A stretch of DNA of 64,000 nucleotides from a virus, in the IMG/VR virus record IMGVR_UViG_3300005573_001500; one strand, given 5' to 3'. Below the pieces are notes generated by a model, which was not told the DNA's origin, ran no database searches, and saw only the letters and a list, made by a program, of their open reading frames with translations. The translations under genes and the position numbers were made by a program. This document shows positions 56,061 through 64,000 of this stretch, in pieces. The number at the start of each line of letters is the position of its first letter. Positions within the stretch are counted from its first letter, which is position 1.

Positions 56061-56104
56061 CTTATATAAGAGTTTATACATGAGTATAAACTAGGGTTTA
56101 TACA
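56061..56104. promoter_or_regulatory. Divergent promoter with operator array
   Basis: Palindromic CTTATATAAG (56061-70); AGTTTATAC-N4-GTATAAACT (56071-92); third half-site GTTTATACA (56096-104). Confidence 0.65.
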
Positions 56105-56107
56105 ATA

Positions 56108-56866
56108 ATGAAGGAAAAGTTTCAAAACAACATGGATGCGCTATTAAGGCAATTGTTAGACTGCCTTGACAAGGTCTGTGAGAAAATAGCTGAAAAGTTC
56201 GACTTGTATGATATGCGGGGCAGAGCTAGAAAGGCGTTCATCGTGGATACGTTGATGAGATACCATTGTTGCGGCTGCATTGCGAAAGTGCTTATGGAGC
56301 GAAAAAGCGGCGGAGCCGACGCATTATATATCGAGAACCACGCGCTTGCAGTGAACCTACTCATAGGAATGTTAAAGTATCAAATTAGTGTCAACGATCT
56401 ACCACTCGATGTTTTCGGAGAATTAAACGGAAACCTCGGCATAATTGACTTAGTTATAACCCCAACAAGGAGCGGCTTAATTCTGGAGGCAAAAGACCAT
56501 GAAGTCATCGTTGAAGTTAAGACTGGCAAAACTTTCTCCTATTTTCAGCTCTTTCGATATCTTTTCGGAAGACCAAACGCAACAATGATATTTTGGAGAG
56601 TTACCGAAGGGCAAGTTATTGTATTGGAAGGCAAAAAACTACAAAAGCTATTAATGCTATGCGCTGCAGCTGCTATTCACCGCGGGCTGAGTATACTTAA
56701 CGCAGCAAACGTTACATGTAACCATTCCCCTAACTGCAATAAAAAAACGACAATTGATGATCCACAGGAATTAGTGGTAGATTTTCTAGAATCGCTTCAA
56801 GAGGGCATCCCAAAAGTTGTTGGAGTGATTTTATCGATACTAAATCAAGAGGTAGGATCGATATAA
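56108..56866 (+). CDS. PD-(D/E)XK nuclease-like protein
   Basis: GIIDLV...IVEVKTG...FQLFRY. Confidence 0.6.
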   Translation: MKEKFQNNMDALLRQLLDCLDKVCEKIAEKFDLYDMRGRARKAFIVDTLMRYHCCGCIAKVLMERKSGGADALYIENHALAVNLLIGMLKYQISVNDLPLDVFGELNGNLGIIDLVITPTRSGLILEAKDHEVIVEVKTGKTFSYFQLFRYLFGRPNATMIFWRVTEGQVIVLEGKKLQKLLMLCAAAAIHRGLSILNAANVTCNHSPNCNKKTTIDDPQELVVDFLESLQEGIPKVVGVILSILNQEVGSI

Positions 56867-56867
56867 C

Positions 56868-57812
56868 ATGAACGAAAATAAATTAAAAGAAAATGTAACG
56901 TTTGCAGCTATATACGCTAGAACATCATCCCCGAATCAGCGTTTTAACTACAGCATAAAAGAACAGGTTCATCAGTGCTGGAATTTCTGCCTTCATAGAG
57001 GCTGGGTTGTCAGATATGTGTTCATCGACGAGGCGCAAAGCGGCGGAACTGTTGAAAGGCCAAAGTTTCAGCTGATGTTGCAAAGGGCAAAAGAAGGCAG
57101 ATTCAACGTTATTGTGTTCTGGAAGCTTGACAGATTTTGCCGGTCGCTTGTGGATCTGGTCAATATTGAAAGGATGTTGAGGCAGTGGAATGTCGGGCTA
57201 TGTAGTGTAACGGAGTTTATTGACACAACAACACCTGTTGGACGCTTTAACTTCCGAAATCTAGCTTCTGTGGCTGAGCTTGAGCGAGAGATTATAGGCG
57301 AGAGGGCACGTCTCGGATTGCATGCACTTGCCCGCCAGGGTAAGTGGCCCAACCCTCATCCACCGCTTGGGTACGACAAACATGAAGATGGGCGTCTCGT
57401 GATAAACAGGGCAGAAGCTGAGCTCGTAAAGAAGATTTTCCAACTTTACCTCAAATACAAATCTATGAGCCATGTAGCTTACCTCTTGAATAAGGAAAGG
57501 GTTCAGACCAAGAGAGGCAGACGATGGAATGCCAGGGCCGTTAAAGACGTACTCGCTAACAAGTTGTATATAGGTGGGTTTGATGTTGCGGGCGCTAACA
57601 TCAGCATAGAAGAATATAGAATTATTGACGATAAAACATTCAATACCGCCCAAAAGCTGAGAGCCAGATTTATTTCTCAAAAGAGCAAGAGATCACCTAT
57701 GCAGCATGATAGAAAGCTGGAGCAAATTGAAAGGATCATTTCCAGATATTATGAGACGTTAAGAAAATACAATATAAAACTAAACTTCATGGAGGATTCA
57801 GCTGAATGGTAG
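56868..57812 (+). CDS. Serine recombinase (resolvase + Recombinase domain)
   Basis: IYARTSSPNQ, WKLDRFCRS, AELEREIIGER...G...A.QGKW, W....VKDVLANKLYIG. Confidence 0.92.
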   Translation: MNENKLKENVTFAAIYARTSSPNQRFNYSIKEQVHQCWNFCLHRGWVVRYVFIDEAQSGGTVERPKFQLMLQRAKEGRFNVIVFWKLDRFCRSLVDLVNIERMLRQWNVGLCSVTEFIDTTTPVGRFNFRNLASVAELEREIIGERARLGLHALARQGKWPNPHPPLGYDKHEDGRLVINRAEAELVKKIFQLYLKYKSMSHVAYLLNKERVQTKRGRRWNARAVKDVLANKLYIGGFDVAGANISIEEYRIIDDKTFNTAQKLRARFISQKSKRSPMQHDRKLEQIERIISRYYETLRKYNIKLNFMEDSAEW

Positions 57813-58645
57813 ATGATACTCTAACGGTCTTCAAGGTCAATTCATGTCCAGCGTGCAATTCCACAACGCTGGAGAATTTCATGAATAGGCAAGTAGTATG
57901 CTGTGATTGCGGCTTAGTAATAGATTCAGAAATTAGAGGAGACAATTATGTGAGGAGTACAGACGGATCGCGCCAGGCAACTGGTAAACGATTAACAGCT
58001 GTAGCCAATCAACATGAAAACGATTTTTCAGAGTGGCAAAAGCTCCTAAAAGTTTCAGATAGTACGGAAAGGAATGCTGCAATCATATTATATTACATTA
58101 CAAAAATCGTCAGAAAACTTCAACTTCCATTTTCTATTCTGGAGAAGTCCGTAAATATCTATAGGACTTTGATTGACAAGTGTAGCTTTAAGGGCATGAG
58201 GCTTAGGGCTGCAAGCGCCGCAATAGTTTATGCATCATGTAAAATCGCAGAAATACCATGTAGTATACGAGAAGTCGCGAGTATCTTAAATGAAGACTCC
58301 CGAAAAGTTTTTCGTATCTATTCGACTATAGCTGAGCACCTAGAAGTCCCACCCACTCAGTCAAATATTAGCAAACTTCTACATCAAATATGCGAAGTAA
58401 TCAATGTCAAAGAGTTGCCTCGGAATATTGCCAACAAAATTATAGATATTATAGGGAAAACTAGAATAACACAAGGGAAAAACCCATATAGCTGCGTTGC
58501 GGCAGCTATTTATATTTCATCAATTCTTGTAGGAAGAAAGAAAACTCAAAGGGAACTATCTAAAATTACTCATGTGACTGAAGCGTCCATTAGAACAAGA
58601 TACAAAGAGATAATTCAGAATTTACTTTTCACGATCTCCATTTAA
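57806..58645 (+). CDS. tfb: Transcription initiation factor IIB paralog
   Basis: CPAC...VCCDCGLVI zinc ribbon; DSTERN; two cyclin repeats (KGMR..AAIVY; QGKNP..VAAAIY...TQREL...VTEASIRTRYKE). Confidence 0.9.
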   Translation: MVDDTLTVFKVNSCPACNSTTLENFMNRQVVCCDCGLVIDSEIRGDNYVRSTDGSRQATGKRLTAVANQHENDFSEWQKLLKVSDSTERNAAIILYYITKIVRKLQLPFSILEKSVNIYRTLIDKCSFKGMRLRAASAAIVYASCKIAEIPCSIREVASILNEDSRKVFRIYSTIAEHLEVPPTQSNISKLLHQICEVINVKELPRNIANKIIDIIGKTRITQGKNPYSCVAAAIYISSILVGRKKTQRELSKITHVTEASIRTRYKEIIQNLLFTISI

Positions 58646-58752
58646 CTTTCAATATGTTGGTGTTATTTATGAGAACTTTAGCAAGATTTCGCATTTTCAA
58701 CCGCTACGAGTATCTTCACTCTCATCTCAATTCCTTTCCGTTTAGTTTTATT

Positions 58753-60267
58753 TCACATGTAGCTTGATAAGATACGTTGAATTCCTTTTTCCTTGAATTT
58801 TGTCAGGATATAGTCAAGGTTATTGGTTGATCGTAGCGCTTTAATAAAAGTTTTCAGAGCTTCTTCCCGTTTGATAATCCACTCGGCGATACGTTCTAGC
58901 TCATCTCTCTTTATTAACCTACGTTGAACTCTATCTCTTTTGCAAATGTAAGATTGCCCATTTAATATCATAGCTTGCTTACAAATTGGACAATACGGGG
59001 CGACATTATCGAAACATTGAAGTATATCATATCCGAAAACTTCCACCATTTCATCTATAGGCTTTCTTTTACGTTTATATTCCTCTTTTTTACTTTGAAT
59101 GATTTCCTGAGCCTTCATGAATATTTCCATTGGGATGAAAGTGAGAGAAGGGTCTTCAACCTCCACGTTGCCAAACAGCTTTTCAACGTTTCGAGAACCA
59201 AACTTTGGCTTTCCTATGTATACAGGGTTCGTTAATATGTTAGCCACACGCTCAGGATTTAAAGGCCTAGGAAGTAAGTCTTTATACTTTGCGTTAATCA
59301 CCTCTGCCACCTTACTATACTCTTTACTTTCTAAAAATGATCTAAATAGGTCGGTAATTAGGGGTTCATATGTTGGTGTCTTCTTAATCCATAGACCACA
59401 TTTCTCATAACCAATGGGTATGGGCATGTTCCATCTGCGGTTCTTAAAGTTATGTATTTTTGAGCTAAGTGAGACATACGTGCGCCGTTTATTCTCTTCC
59501 TCAGCTTGATAGGCCTTGAGCGACGTTAACACTAGGTCATATAAACGTTTAACATCGATTTCTTCTGTTAACGTAATCGTCAATACGTTGTGAGCTCGCA
59601 ACTGCATTATAAAACCTAGTAGTTCAAAAGATGCTCTCCCTATACGGTCTACGTTGCGTATCAAAAACTCGCTAATTTCTCCCTTCTCTGCTAAATATAG
59701 AATGGCACCTAGCTTTTTACGATTAAAATTTTCACCACTTTTTGCCTCTACGAAAAGGTAAAGCGTACTTACACCTCTTCTCTTAGCCAACTCCACAAGT
59801 TCTTGCCTTTGAACTTGTAAGCTCTCTCCCTTGGAAACTTGTCTGGAGGTGCTAACTCTTGCATAACCCACAGCTTTTTTACCCGATCCACCCTCAAGAT
59901 TGATAATTTCATCGATCGGCAAAAGTATCCTTAAGGCAATTCCCCTAAGATTATCCTCACCTTGATCCCGCTCAGTGTTATCTGCTACCTCTTCAATAGC
60001 GCAAGAGTTGGGTTTCAAAATAAATTTATCGAGGGTGACTCCCAACAGAAATACCGGCACGTGTATGATTGGCATGTGGATTATATGCGAAATATATGAT
60101 TGGTATAAGCCTTCAAAAATCAGAAGTATGATTATGGGATATGTTTTGCGAAAAGATTTTATAAAAAATATGATGCGCTTAGCCAAGGCAGATCGCATCA
60201 TACAGAGTTCATAAATTTTGCGAAAAATTATAGTATCAAAGGCTAGTTTCATAATTTTACTTTTCAT
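58753..60267 (-). CDS. Large serine recombinase with N-terminal extension and zinc ribbon
   Basis: VGYARVSTSRQ, RNVDRIGR, YQAEEENKRR, NILTNPVYIG, CPIC...YIC; true start uncertain. Confidence 0.9.
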   Translation of the reverse strand: MKSKIMKLAFDTIIFRKIYELCMMRSALAKRIIFFIKSFRKTYPIIILLIFEGLYQSYISHIIHMPIIHVPVFLLGVTLDKFILKPNSCAIEEVADNTERDQGEDNLRGIALRILLPIDEIINLEGGSGKKAVGYARVSTSRQVSKGESLQVQRQELVELAKRRGVSTLYLFVEAKSGENFNRKKLGAILYLAEKGEISEFLIRNVDRIGRASFELLGFIMQLRAHNVLTITLTEEIDVKRLYDLVLTSLKAYQAEEENKRRTYVSLSSKIHNFKNRRWNMPIPIGYEKCGLWIKKTPTYEPLITDLFRSFLESKEYSKVAEVINAKYKDLLPRPLNPERVANILTNPVYIGKPKFGSRNVEKLFGNVEVEDPSLTFIPMEIFMKAQEIIQSKKEEYKRKRKPIDEMVEVFGYDILQCFDNVAPYCPICKQAMILNGQSYICKRDRVQRRLIKRDELERIAEWIIKREEALKTFIKALRSTNNLDYILTKFKEKGIQRILSSYM

Positions 60268-60469
60268 AAACTCTAGGCTCCACCCTTAATATGTTCAGCC
60301 AGGTTTCCAGTTTGGCCAAGAAGTCTCCAGTCTCTAGTACGTCCCTCTCAGCAAGCAGGACAAAACGTAGTGGATGATTGGGAGGAAACCTCTTTAAGAT
60401 TAATGACTTTAGAGGTTTTATGTCCACTTTAGCCGTACATCGGGTTCGCGGATTTTTTCTTTTGCGCAT
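60257..60469 (-). CDS. Small helical protein upstream of the recombinase
   Basis: PLRFVLLAERDVL...FLAKLETWL; coupled to the recombinase. Confidence 0.6.
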   Translation of the reverse strand: MRKRKNPRTRCTAKVDIKPLKSLILKRFPPNHPLRFVLLAERDVLETGDFLAKLETWLNILRVEPRVYEK

Positions 60470-60630
60470 TATCGTTTATTCCCTTTCATTTAGAGCCACA
60501 AAATCTTGGGTTTTTAAGCTTTTTCAAAAATTTTTTTAAGCCCTTTTGCGTAAATAAGCTCCAATTCGGATCTGGAATACAAATTGATGACTTTTAAAAA
60601 GATTTTTTATAAAGTTTAAAAAGGAGAAGT

Positions 60631-60951
60631 TTGAATCTGTTATTTTGGGTTAAGGCCATGAGGATGCATAGGAAGTTCATGTTGTTTGATTGTGTGGAGT
60701 TTATGTTGAGCGGGGCTATTCCTGAGAATGAGGTGCTTTGCACGTTAGGTCCTGATGGGCGGTTGATTTTCCGTTTTTGGTGTGAAATGAGTGAAGATGA
60801 AATCATAGAGGTGCTTGTTAGTGCGCTAACTGAAACGGCTATTGAAGCAGCGCTTAAAAATTTGGGATTTCTTAAAAAAGCAAGGTCAGCTAGATTCAAA
60901 ATTATAAAGGCTAATGTCCCGCAGATTCTCACACAAATGTCCAGGAACTGA
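60631..60951 (+). CDS. Hypothetical protein
   Basis: GGAG RBS; acidic helix. Confidence 0.5.
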   Translation: MNLLFWVKAMRMHRKFMLFDCVEFMLSGAIPENEVLCTLGPDGRLIFRFWCEMSEDEIIEVLVSALTETAIEAALKNLGFLKKARSARFKIIKANVPQILTQMSRN

Positions 60952-61294
60952 AAATTCTAGAGGTTTGGTGTTGGTGGAGAGCGACGTTCTTAAGGTTTTG
61001 GCTAGGGTTTTTCCATTGAATATTGAATTGCGACTGGTGGAGCAGGGGATTGCCGTGAGGTATGCGAACCAGCCTCAAGCAGAGAGGATTGTTGAAATGC
61101 CCATTGATGTTAGGGATAGGGTTTGGAAGTGGATTCAAAATCCTAAAGTAGTCGCAGAGAAGGAGTGGGTGGAACTGAGAGAACCGATAACGTTGGTTAT
61201 TTTTGAAATCGCAAAAGTTATTTGGCAATATGGTTCTCCTTTGCAGCGTGAAATGCTTTCAAGAATGCTCAAGGAGCTATCACAGTCGCGCTAA
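60914..61294 (+). CDS. Hypothetical protein
   Basis: 126 aa; start probably downstream (GAGGT before TTG/GTG). Confidence 0.5.
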   Translation: MSRRFSHKCPGTENSRGLVLVESDVLKVLARVFPLNIELRLVEQGIAVRYANQPQAERIVEMPIDVRDRVWKWIQNPKVVAEKEWVELREPITLVIFEIAKVIWQYGSPLQREMLSRMLKELSQSR

Positions 61295-61495
61295 ATTTGT
61301 TGATTAAATAATTTGATGGATAATTTCCTTAATTTTATGTTCACATGAAGTTTTGATATATATGCCTTTGAGAGCGTTTATGGGTGTATCAACTGCTACA
61401 ATTGATCTGACCCTTTTAAACTACAAGTATCTCCAGTTTAAAGGCACGTAAGCTTTAAGCAAATGTTTAAAACCTTCTGATGGAATCTGGAATCG

Positions 61496-61879
61496 TTGCT
61501 GAGGAGGGAACGGTTGTTGGGTAGGTATGTGTATTTTGAAGAGGGGAATGTCAGGTGGTGTTGGAAGTTTCGTTTTGCAGTTCAGTGTTCAAATTTTGGT
61601 GAGGTCTTAGACCTTCTATCGGGACAAAGGAGTATAAGGGTTAAGAGGTACGCTGGTGAAGACGGGGAGTATGTTACCATTTGGGCTTTAAAAGATGTGT
61701 TGCTTGAAGTTTTGGAAAAGCTTATGGACAGAATAGCCGAATGTCCGATTTGCTGGAGTCCAGAGTGTGGAAAAGCTACGAAAGAGATGCTTGAAAGCTT
61801 CATGAACGCCATAAAAGCTAAGAATGATGGGACCCAAAACGGAGAAATTTATGCAAAATTCTTTATAGAGTACATGTAG
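61496..61879 (+). CDS. Hypothetical protein with CxxC
   Basis: CPICWSPEC; start uncertain. Confidence 0.45.
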   Translation: MLRRERLLGRYVYFEEGNVRWCWKFRFAVQCSNFGEVLDLLSGQRSIRVKRYAGEDGEYVTIWALKDVLLEVLEKLMDRIAECPICWSPECGKATKEMLESFMNAIKAKNDGTQNGEIYAKFFIEYM

Positions 61880-61984
61880 GTTTGAGTATTTCGGGAGAGA
61901 AGTATGAGTTAAGTGATCTGAAAGCTTGGTGAGAAAATAGGGTTTGAAGTTGAGCGGCATGTTCGGCATACACTTCAGCTTGGG

Positions 61985-63793
61985 TTAATAGTATCTAATG
62001 TATTTCTCGCGGTCATATGTTTTAGGCGGTCTTTTCTGTTGTACAAGTAATGCCAATCTTTGAGTTAGGTTAAGATGTATTTTATCAACAAATGTTGCCA
62101 AATCTTTCTGATATTCTGCGGCTTCCGCAACTGCTATTATTTTATATATTAAACTTGAATCAAGGCTTATTGTGCCAATAGTATTACCCAACTCTATCAT
62201 TCTGCGTTGTAAGCTATAACCAAGTTGCGAGTTATCTTCAATTGCCCATATTAGAAGTAGCAAACCATGAGAGGCTTTGTCTGCGTCAATAAGGGATATT
62301 AAATCTACGTAATCTTGGAACTTAGTTTTACCACCATATAAACGTGCATGGGGAATATGCAACTTTTCATCCCCAATTACATATTTCACTGCAATTTTTG
62401 CATCTCCAAAAGACCATATCTTTAATGTATCACAAGGTTGAATAGGCTTGGCGCTTGGATTAAAAGAGTTTTCAACTATAGGTATCTGTGACACAACAAC
62501 ACCAATTAAATCTGCAAATCGTTCTATACTACCAACTATTGTCTGAACTGATACACCCGTACTATACTTTATGATTATTGATTTTTCAATAGCCTCTAAT
62601 CTTCTGGCGAGCGTCTTCTCTAAAATTGTCGGACCGAATTCCTCAAGTATCGACTTTGCGCGCTCCACCCATCCAAGCCATGGATATGATTTTGTAATTT
62701 CTAATAAATTCTCAATAGTAAGTTCGTCTCTAATCACTTCGACTTTTCCCTTACTCCGCATTCTGTTGATGCATTCACCGCAAAAACATACTATGTCTCC
62801 TGCAAGTTGATCTGTCACTCTATATGACATTTCAATAGCTAATGGTGTAAAAGGATAAATTGATAATTTTTCAGACCCCGCAGTACACGTGCAATCGTCG
62901 TCTACTGGCAATTCAACGCTGTTGTTTGCACACCATTGTTTTATGTATTCATGAACCAGTTTAAAACATTGATGTAGAGTTAGTTCAGTTATAACTTGTC
63001 CTTCTTCAGCAAATTTGAATCTCCTTGCTTTTGTTCGTGCAGGTTCCGTTTCTTTGACCTCTGCCCATGCGGGTGTGGTAAGTGCAAGCAATATTATGGC
63101 TCTTTTCAAATCGCTAGTCATATTTCGAATTTTTTCTAAGAGCATTCTGACAGCTTCTGCGCTTGCTTTTTGTTTTGTTAAATTTTCTTCCGGAGCTGTT
63201 TTTGCCCTCACCAGATACTCTGTTTCCCTGGCGCTGAGATATTCTTCTACGTTGTCAAAAGCAATGCATATCACCGATTGTTCCGGCAACAAGTTTGTAA
63301 TGTTTTCTGCTAGTTTGCGTATGGCCTCAACGCTAAGTGAACCTACATCGAGGCTTTGATCGATTAGTTTCAACAAATTTGTCTTTATATCTGATCGAAT
63401 TTCAGCATTTAATATCTTTTCTTTAGGTATTAGCGTGGATAAACGCCTGATCGAATCGGGGTTTAAGAATAACTCTTTCCATATCTCCTTTTCGTCAATT
63501 TCTAAGTCACTTAATCGGTAAATCATGTAGATTCCTGGGTAAATGCCTTTTTCATAGAATAAGTAATCAAGATGCCGAAGTAGATGAGTTTTGCCTGATC
63601 CTGGCATTCCAACTATAAACACGCATTCTGTTCCTTCCTGTTTTGTCCTATTGTTGTATAGTTCTTTAAACCATTGTAGATACACATCACCTCCAATCAT
63701 AAAGGAAGGTCGTCGTGGTGGTTCTGGATAAGGAAAAGGATTTTCGCTTTCAAGTAACTTTCTATTAAATTTTTCATATGACATGGAATTCAC
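61985..63793 (-). CDS. AAA+ ATPase with helical lid and C-terminal domain (defence-island type)
   Basis: FIVGMPGSGKT, IAFDNVEE, YPFT...GDIV..C. Confidence 0.75.
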   Translation of the reverse strand: MNSMSYEKFNRKLLESENPFPYPEPPRRPSFMIGGDVYLQWFKELYNNRTKQEGTECVFIVGMPGSGKTHLLRHLDYLFYEKGIYPGIYMIYRLSDLEIDEKEIWKELFLNPDSIRRLSTLIPKEKILNAEIRSDIKTNLLKLIDQSLDVGSLSVEAIRKLAENITNLLPEQSVICIAFDNVEEYLSARETEYLVRAKTAPEENLTKQKASAEAVRMLLEKIRNMTSDLKRAIILLALTTPAWAEVKETEPARTKARRFKFAEEGQVITELTLHQCFKLVHEYIKQWCANNSVELPVDDDCTCTAGSEKLSIYPFTPLAIEMSYRVTDQLAGDIVCFCGECINRMRSKGKVEVIRDELTIENLLEITKSYPWLGWVERAKSILEEFGPTILEKTLARRLEAIEKSIIIKYSTGVSVQTIVGSIERFADLIGVVVSQIPIVENSFNPSAKPIQPCDTLKIWSFGDAKIAVKYVIGDEKLHIPHARLYGGKTKFQDYVDLISLIDADKASHGLLLLIWAIEDNSQLGYSLQRRMIELGNTIGTISLDSSLIYKIIAVAEAAEYQKDLATFVDKIHLNLTQRLALLVQQKRPPKTYDREKYIRYY

Positions 63794-64000
63794 CCTCGTA
63801 AGAGTTTCACATAAAAAAATGAACTTTGTCCATATTTTAAATATTTTACATTCTCTCTGCCTATAGGTGCTCCTACATCAAGTTTGACATATCCTCTTTT
63901 CCAAGCCTCTATTAATTGTTCATCGAAGATCGATTCACTTATGCCTAGCTTTTGTGAAACTCTTTCCCTTAAAGTTGGGATTTCTGCTTGATTTGGGAGA
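63790..64000 (-). CDS. C-terminal end of a winged-helix-ending protein (partial)
   Basis: Translated by hand: IPTLRERVSQKLGISESIFDEQLIEAWKRGYVKLDVG...FYVKLLRG*; GTGA-coupled to the ATPase. Confidence 0.7.
   Translation of the reverse strand, partial: LPNQAEIPTLRERVSQKLGISESIFDEQLIEAWKRGYVKLDVGAPIGRENVKYLKYGQSSFFYVKLLRG

Noticed and set aside
1-64000. CRISPR or mini-CRISPR array accompanying the Cas4-like gene
   Set aside because: No regularly spaced 25-40 bp direct repeats seen in any intergenic gap; most gaps resolve into micro-ORFs. A scan by eye could miss a two-repeat array.
1-64000. tRNA or rRNA genes and a tRNA-based att site
   Set aside because: No cloverleaf or T-loop in a GC-rich stem context; GGTTCGA near 51231 lacks flanking stems.

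Overview
Archaeal DNA with no core housekeeping genes. Archaeal evidence: GGAGGTG/GGTGA ribosome-binding sites, BRE+TATA promoters, TFB, Top6A and a PolB1-type polymerase. Dockerin-like repeats and an IDWG-type Ig domain suggest a Bathyarchaeia host (inference). Part 1 (1-~48.2 kb) is an AT-rich virus-like or plasmid-like element (roughly 30% GC from sampled lines) coded almost entirely on the minus strand. It has four modules. (a) Envelope/surface operon (1-12.3 kb): Ig, PKD and dockerin proteins, a Zn-dependent phospholipase C-family enzyme, a CPBP protease and a basic repeat protein. (b) FtsK/HerA ATPase with membrane proteins (12.9-22.4 kb). (c) Dense small-ORF and zinc-finger region with an Hjc resolvase (22.4-32.3 kb). 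(d) Replication/recombination module (32.3-48.2 kb): PolB, two RecA-family paralogs, fused primase, TGT-fold protein, Cas4-like nuclease, SWIM protein, MCM-like AAA+ and an orphan Top6A/Spo11. No capsid, terminase or portal gene was recognisable inside the window; the surface operon continues off the left edge. Part 2 (~48.2-64 kb) is a mixed-strand, somewhat more GC-rich accessory/defence island. It holds a frameshifted archaeosine-TGT-like gene, a YaaA/DUF6884-like gene, a restriction-modification pair, an ECF S component, a HEPN protein, a nuclease-serine recombinase-TFB-serine recombinase module and an AAA ATPase. Strongest leads: (1) orphan Spo11/Top6A with a full recombination toolkit; (2) an acidic ExIxFxFE tail shared by PolB, the TGT-fold protein and two small proteins; (3) a TGT + YaaA-like + R-M cluster; (4) a CPBP protease co-operonic with C-terminally anchored surface proteins; (5) a TFB between two serine recombinases. 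All functional calls come from motif recognition by eye; no searches were run. Three apparent frameshifts and two long T runs may be homopolymer sequencing errors.
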